Source of the DNA: Candidatus Methylomirabilia bacterium
GTDB taxonomy: Bacteria; Methylomirabilota; Methylomirabilia; Rokubacteriales; CSP1-6
Length of the DNA: 24,710 nucleotides
NCBI GenBank assembly: GCA_041497895.1
Contig: JBGQHJ010000068.1
Coordinates: 1 to 24,710 of the forward strand
Direction: 5' to 3'
Position 1 is the first letter of the stretch, and the number at the start of each line of letters is the position of its first letter. The translations under genes and the position numbers were made by a program. The notes under the pieces are model-generated. The model did not search any database, was not told where the DNA came from, and was given only the letters and a program-made list of their open reading frames with translations. This document shows, piece by piece, positions 21,643 to 24,710 of this stretch.

Positions 21643-21658
21643 AGCACGCGGCATGCCA
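21643..21658 (-). promoter_or_regulatory. Candidate sigma54 -24/-12 promoter upstream of glmU
   Basis: TGGCATG-CCGC-GTGCT against consensus TGGCACG-N4-TTGCW; exact GG-N10-GC spacing; intergenic. Confidence 0.45.
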
Positions 21659-21688
21659 CGCGCCGGACGCGTGTCGGGACGTCGAATG

Positions 21689-21734
21689 CGCCGTCGTGAC
21701 GGGCCGTTGGCCCGTGCCCGCGGTCATGACGGCG
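21689..21734. repeat. Nested inverted repeats in the rluD-glmU spacer
   Basis: CGCCGTCGTGAC 21689-21700 with GTCATGACGGCG 21723-21734 (one mismatch); ACGGGCC-GTT-GGCCCGT 21699-21715. Confidence 0.7.
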
Positions 21735-21740
21735 GGCCGC

Positions 21741-22718
21741 TCAGCGCGGCCTGTTGCGGAGATGAGACAGGATACGGTCGATCCTGTCGGGCGAAGGACA
21801 CGCGAAGCTCATCGGGGCGCCCGTGACCGGGTGCGTGAACGCCAGCTGGGCGGCGTGCAGCGCGACGCCGCCGAGCTCTTCGACGAGCTCGGCGAGCACC
21901 GGGTCGCCGGCCGGGGCGGCGCGCCGGCCCCGGTAGGTCTCGTCGCCCAGGAGGGGATGGCCGAGGGAGGCCATGTGGACCCGGATCTGGTGGGTCCGGC
22001 CGGTCTCGAGCCGGCATTCGAGGAGAGTCACCGCGGAAGCGCCGCTGCCGAAGCGCTCGAGCACCCGGTAGTGGGTGACCGCCCGCTTGCCTCGCCCCTC
22101 GGGCACGATCGCCATGCGGACCCGGGAGCGCGGATCGCGGCCGATCGGCGCGTCGACCGTCCCCTCCGCCCGGCGCAGCGCGCCCTGGGCGAGAGCGAGG
22201 TAACGCCGGCTCACCGTCCGGCGTGAGAGCTGCGCGGTGAGCCCGTCGTACGCGGCCTGGGTCTTGGCCAGCACGATCAGCCCGGAGGTGCCCTTGTCGA
22301 GGCGATGGACGATCCCGGGACGCCTTGGGCTGCCCACGCCGGCCATGTCGGGGGCGTGGGCGAGGGCCGCGGCCGCGAGCGTGCCGTCGATGCGCCCCGC
22401 GCCCGGATGGGTCACCATGCCGGCGGACTTGTCCACCACCAGGACGTCCGCGTCCTCGAAGACGACGCGGAGCGGGACCGCCTCGGGCGTGATCCCGTCC
22501 CGGAGAGGCGGCGGGATAGTCACCTCCACGCGCTCACCGGCCTGCACGCGGTACGCCGCCTTGACCGCGCGGCCGTCGACCCGCGCCCGTCCGCCCGCGA
22601 TGAGGGCCTTGACCCGCATGCGTGAGAGCTCCGGGAGGCGACCGGCCAGCCACTGATCGAGCCGCGCCCCGGTGGAGTCGCCCTCGACCACCTGGGTGAA
22701 GCGACGGTCGTCGATCAC
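21741..22718 (-). CDS. rluD: RluA-family 23S rRNA pseudouridine synthase with S4 domain
   Basis: RLDQWL..SR S4 domain, VVDKSAGMVTHPG, RPGIVHRLDKGTSG, LETGRTHQIRVH, GHPLLGD, LHA..LAFTHP. Confidence 0.92.
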   Translation of the reverse strand: MIDDRRFTQVVEGDSTGARLDQWLAGRLPELSRMRVKALIAGGRARVDGRAVKAAYRVQAGERVEVTIPPPLRDGITPEAVPLRVVFEDADVLVVDKSAGMVTHPGAGRIDGTLAAAALAHAPDMAGVGSPRRPGIVHRLDKGTSGLIVLAKTQAAYDGLTAQLSRRTVSRRYLALAQGALRRAEGTVDAPIGRDPRSRVRMAIVPEGRGKRAVTHYRVLERFGSGASAVTLLECRLETGRTHQIRVHMASLGHPLLGDETYRGRRAAPAGDPVLAELVEELGGVALHAAQLAFTHPVTGAPMSFACPSPDRIDRILSHLRNRPR

Positions 22719-22743
22719 GTCGCGGCCGCGGCCGTCCGGCGCC

Positions 22744-23217
22744 TCAGCTCGACGACGAGGGCGCGGTGAGCAGGCGCAGCGCGAGCAGCGCCACGCCGAC
22801 GGTGATCGCGGAGTCGGCCGCGTTGAACGCCGGCCAGTGATAGCCGCGCCAGTAGAAGTCCAGGAAGTCGACCACCGCCCCGAAGCGGCCGCGATCGATC
22901 AGGTTGCCGACCGCCCCGCCGAAGATGAAGCCGAGGGCGAGCGGGGTGAGGCGCCCACCGCCCGGCAGCATCCGGAGCCCGACCACCGCCAGCACCGCGA
23001 GCGCTCCGATGGAGAGCAGCGCCACGAGCCATCGCCAGCCCGCCGGCGTGGTCGAGAGCATGCCGAAGGCCAGGCCCGGGTTCATCACGAGGGTGAGGGA
23101 GAAGAACGAGTCGATCACCGGCACGGGCCGGCCGGGGGCCAGGCCCTGCAGCGCCCAGAGCTTCGTCAGCTGGTCGAGGACGAGGACGGCCAGCGCGGTG
23201 AGGGCGGCCGACGTCAC
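22744..23217 (-). CDS. lspA: Lipoprotein signal peptidase II
   Basis: DQLTK, NPGLAFG, GGAVGNLIDR, VVDFL, WPAFNAADSAITVG; GTGA overlap with the ileS stop. Confidence 0.97.
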   Translation of the reverse strand: MTSAALTALAVLVLDQLTKLWALQGLAPGRPVPVIDSFFSLTLVMNPGLAFGMLSTTPAGWRWLVALLSIGALAVLAVVGLRMLPGGGRLTPLALGFIFGGAVGNLIDRGRFGAVVDFLDFYWRGYHWPAFNAADSAITVGVALLALRLLTAPSSSS

Positions 23218-24710
23218 CGGCCCAGCGCCGTCACGACGGGCGCGCAGCGCTCGCAGAGCGTCGGATGGGCGGAATGCTCCCCCACCCGCGGGCTCCAGGT
23301 CCAGCAGCGCTCGCACTTCTTCCAGCCGAGCGCCTGGGCCGGCGTGACCTCCAGCACGAGTCCGGGGATGTCCTGGCTCTCGTAGCGGACCGCGTGGGCG
23401 GGCCCGGCCTTGCCGAGGCGCGTTCCCGAGACGTTGAAGAGGGTGGTGAGCAGGGCTTCGCCCTTGGCCTCGAGCAGTGGGCCCCATTGCTCTACCGGCG
23501 CGCTCGGGACGAAGAGCACCGCGTCGATGCCCTTGCCGATCTTCCCCTGCTGGCGGGCCGACTCGAGCGCGCGCGAGACCTCGCCCCGCACCTCGAGCAG
23601 CCGCTCCCAGTCCACGGCGAGCCGCTCGTTCGTCCACTCCCCGCGCTCCTCGGGGAACAGCACGAGGTGCACGCTCTCCGGCTTGCCGCGCCCGGGGATG
23701 TAGGACCACACCTCGTCCGCGGTGAAGGTGAGGACCGGCGCCATCAGGCGCGTGAGCGCGGTCAAGAGCTCGAAGCACACCGTCTGGGAGGCGCGGCGGC
23801 GCGGGTCGTCGGGGGCCGACGTGTAGAGCCGGTCCTTGATGATGTCGAGATAGAGCGCGGAGAGATCGACCGCGCAGAAGTTGTGGATCGCGTGGAAGAC
23901 CGCGTGGAACTGGTAGTCCTCGTACGCCTTCCGCACCCGCGTGATGAGGTCGCCCAGGCGCAGGAGGGCCCAGCGGTCCAGCTCGTCCATCTGCTCGTAC
24001 GACCGGCGGTCGCGCTCCGGGTCGAAGTCGGCGAGCGTGCCGAGCAGGAAGCGGCTGGTGTTGCGGATGCGCCGGTACGCGTCGGCGAGCCGGTTGAGGA
24101 TCTCGTTCGAGAGCCGGATGTCCTCGGAGGAGTCCTCCGCGGCCACCCACAGGCGCAGGACCTCCGCGCCGTACTTGGGGATGAGCTCGTCCGGCGTGAC
24201 GTTGTTGCCGACCGACTTCGACATCTTGCGCCCGTCGCCGTCCACCACGAAGCCGTGGGTGAGGACGGAGCGGTAGGGCGGGCGGTCCCGCGTGCCCACC
24301 GCCTCCAGCAGCGAGGAGTGGAACCACCCGCGATGCTGGTCGGAGCCTTCCAGGTACATCTCGGCGGGCCAGCGCAGCTCCGAGCGCTGCTCGAGCACGG
24401 CCGCGTGGCTGCAGCCGGAATCGAACCACACGTCGAGGATGTCGGTCTCCTTGCGGAAGCGCTCGCCCCCGCATCGCGGGCAGCGCGTCCCCGCGGGCAG
24501 CAGGGCGGCGGCCTCGCGCAGGTACCACTCGTCGGCGCCCGCTCCCGCGCGCATGATCGCGGCCACGTGCTCGACGAGGGCCTCGTCGAGCAGCAGCGCG
24601 TCGCACTCGTCGCAGTAGAAGGCGACGATCGGCACGCCCCACACCCGCTGGCGCGAGATGACCCACTCGGGCCGGTGCGCCACCATGTTGTAGATGCGCT
24701 CCTCGCCCCA
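23214..24710 (-). CDS. ileS: Isoleucine--tRNA ligase, type 1 (5'-truncated by window edge)
   Basis: WVISRQRVWGVPI, DILDVWFDSG, YLEGSDQHRGWF, KMSKS, C-terminal zinc finger CERCW...LCERC; frame open to the window end. Confidence 0.98.
   Translation of the reverse strand, partial: WGEERIYNMVAHRPEWVISRQRVWGVPIVAFYCDECDALLLDEALVEHVAAIMRAGAGADEWYLREAAALLPAGTRCPRCGGERFRKETDILDVWFDSGCSHAAVLEQRSELRWPAEMYLEGSDQHRGWFHSSLLEAVGTRDRPPYRSVLTHGFVVDGDGRKMSKSVGNNVTPDELIPKYGAEVLRLWVAAEDSSEDIRLSNEILNRLADAYRRIRNTSRFLLGTLADFDPERDRRSYEQMDELDRWALLRLGDLITRVRKAYEDYQFHAVFHAIHNFCAVDLSALYLDIIKDRLYTSAPDDPRRRASQTVCFELLTALTRLMAPVLTFTADEVWSYIPGRGKPESVHLVLFPEERGEWTNERLAVDWERLLEVRGEVSRALESARQQGKIGKGIDAVLFVPSAPVEQWGPLLEAKGEALLTTLFNVSGTRLGKAGPAHAVRYESQDIPGLVLEVTPAQALGWKKCERCWTWSPRVGEHSAHPTLCERCAPVVTALGR

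Overview
Very GC-rich bacterial housekeeping region (about 70% GC by eye; gene order and style suggest a lineage such as Ca. Rokubacteria/Methylomirabilota, which is inference only). The + strand carries the 3' part of thiC and a tightly coupled amidase-signature gene. The - strand carries a run of 19 co-oriented genes: ileS (partial), lspA, rluD, glmU, glmS, pcrA/uvrD, gatC, gatA, gatB, ftsE, ftsX, envC-like, ctpA, a divergent polysaccharide deacetylase, tsaD, ntrB-like, ntrC-like, tag and panE. I see no RNA genes, CRISPR arrays, transposases or prophage genes. The most unusual signals are in the short spacers. Several are rich in repeats and palindromes, and a tiny ORF spans them from the upstream stop codon to the downstream start codon (clearest for ntrB-ntrC and pcrA-gatC), suggesting a possible translational-coupling relay. 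There is also a sigma54-like -24/-12 motif ahead of glmU-glmS, and several proteins carry altered catalytic motifs (deacetylase, FtsE, amidase).
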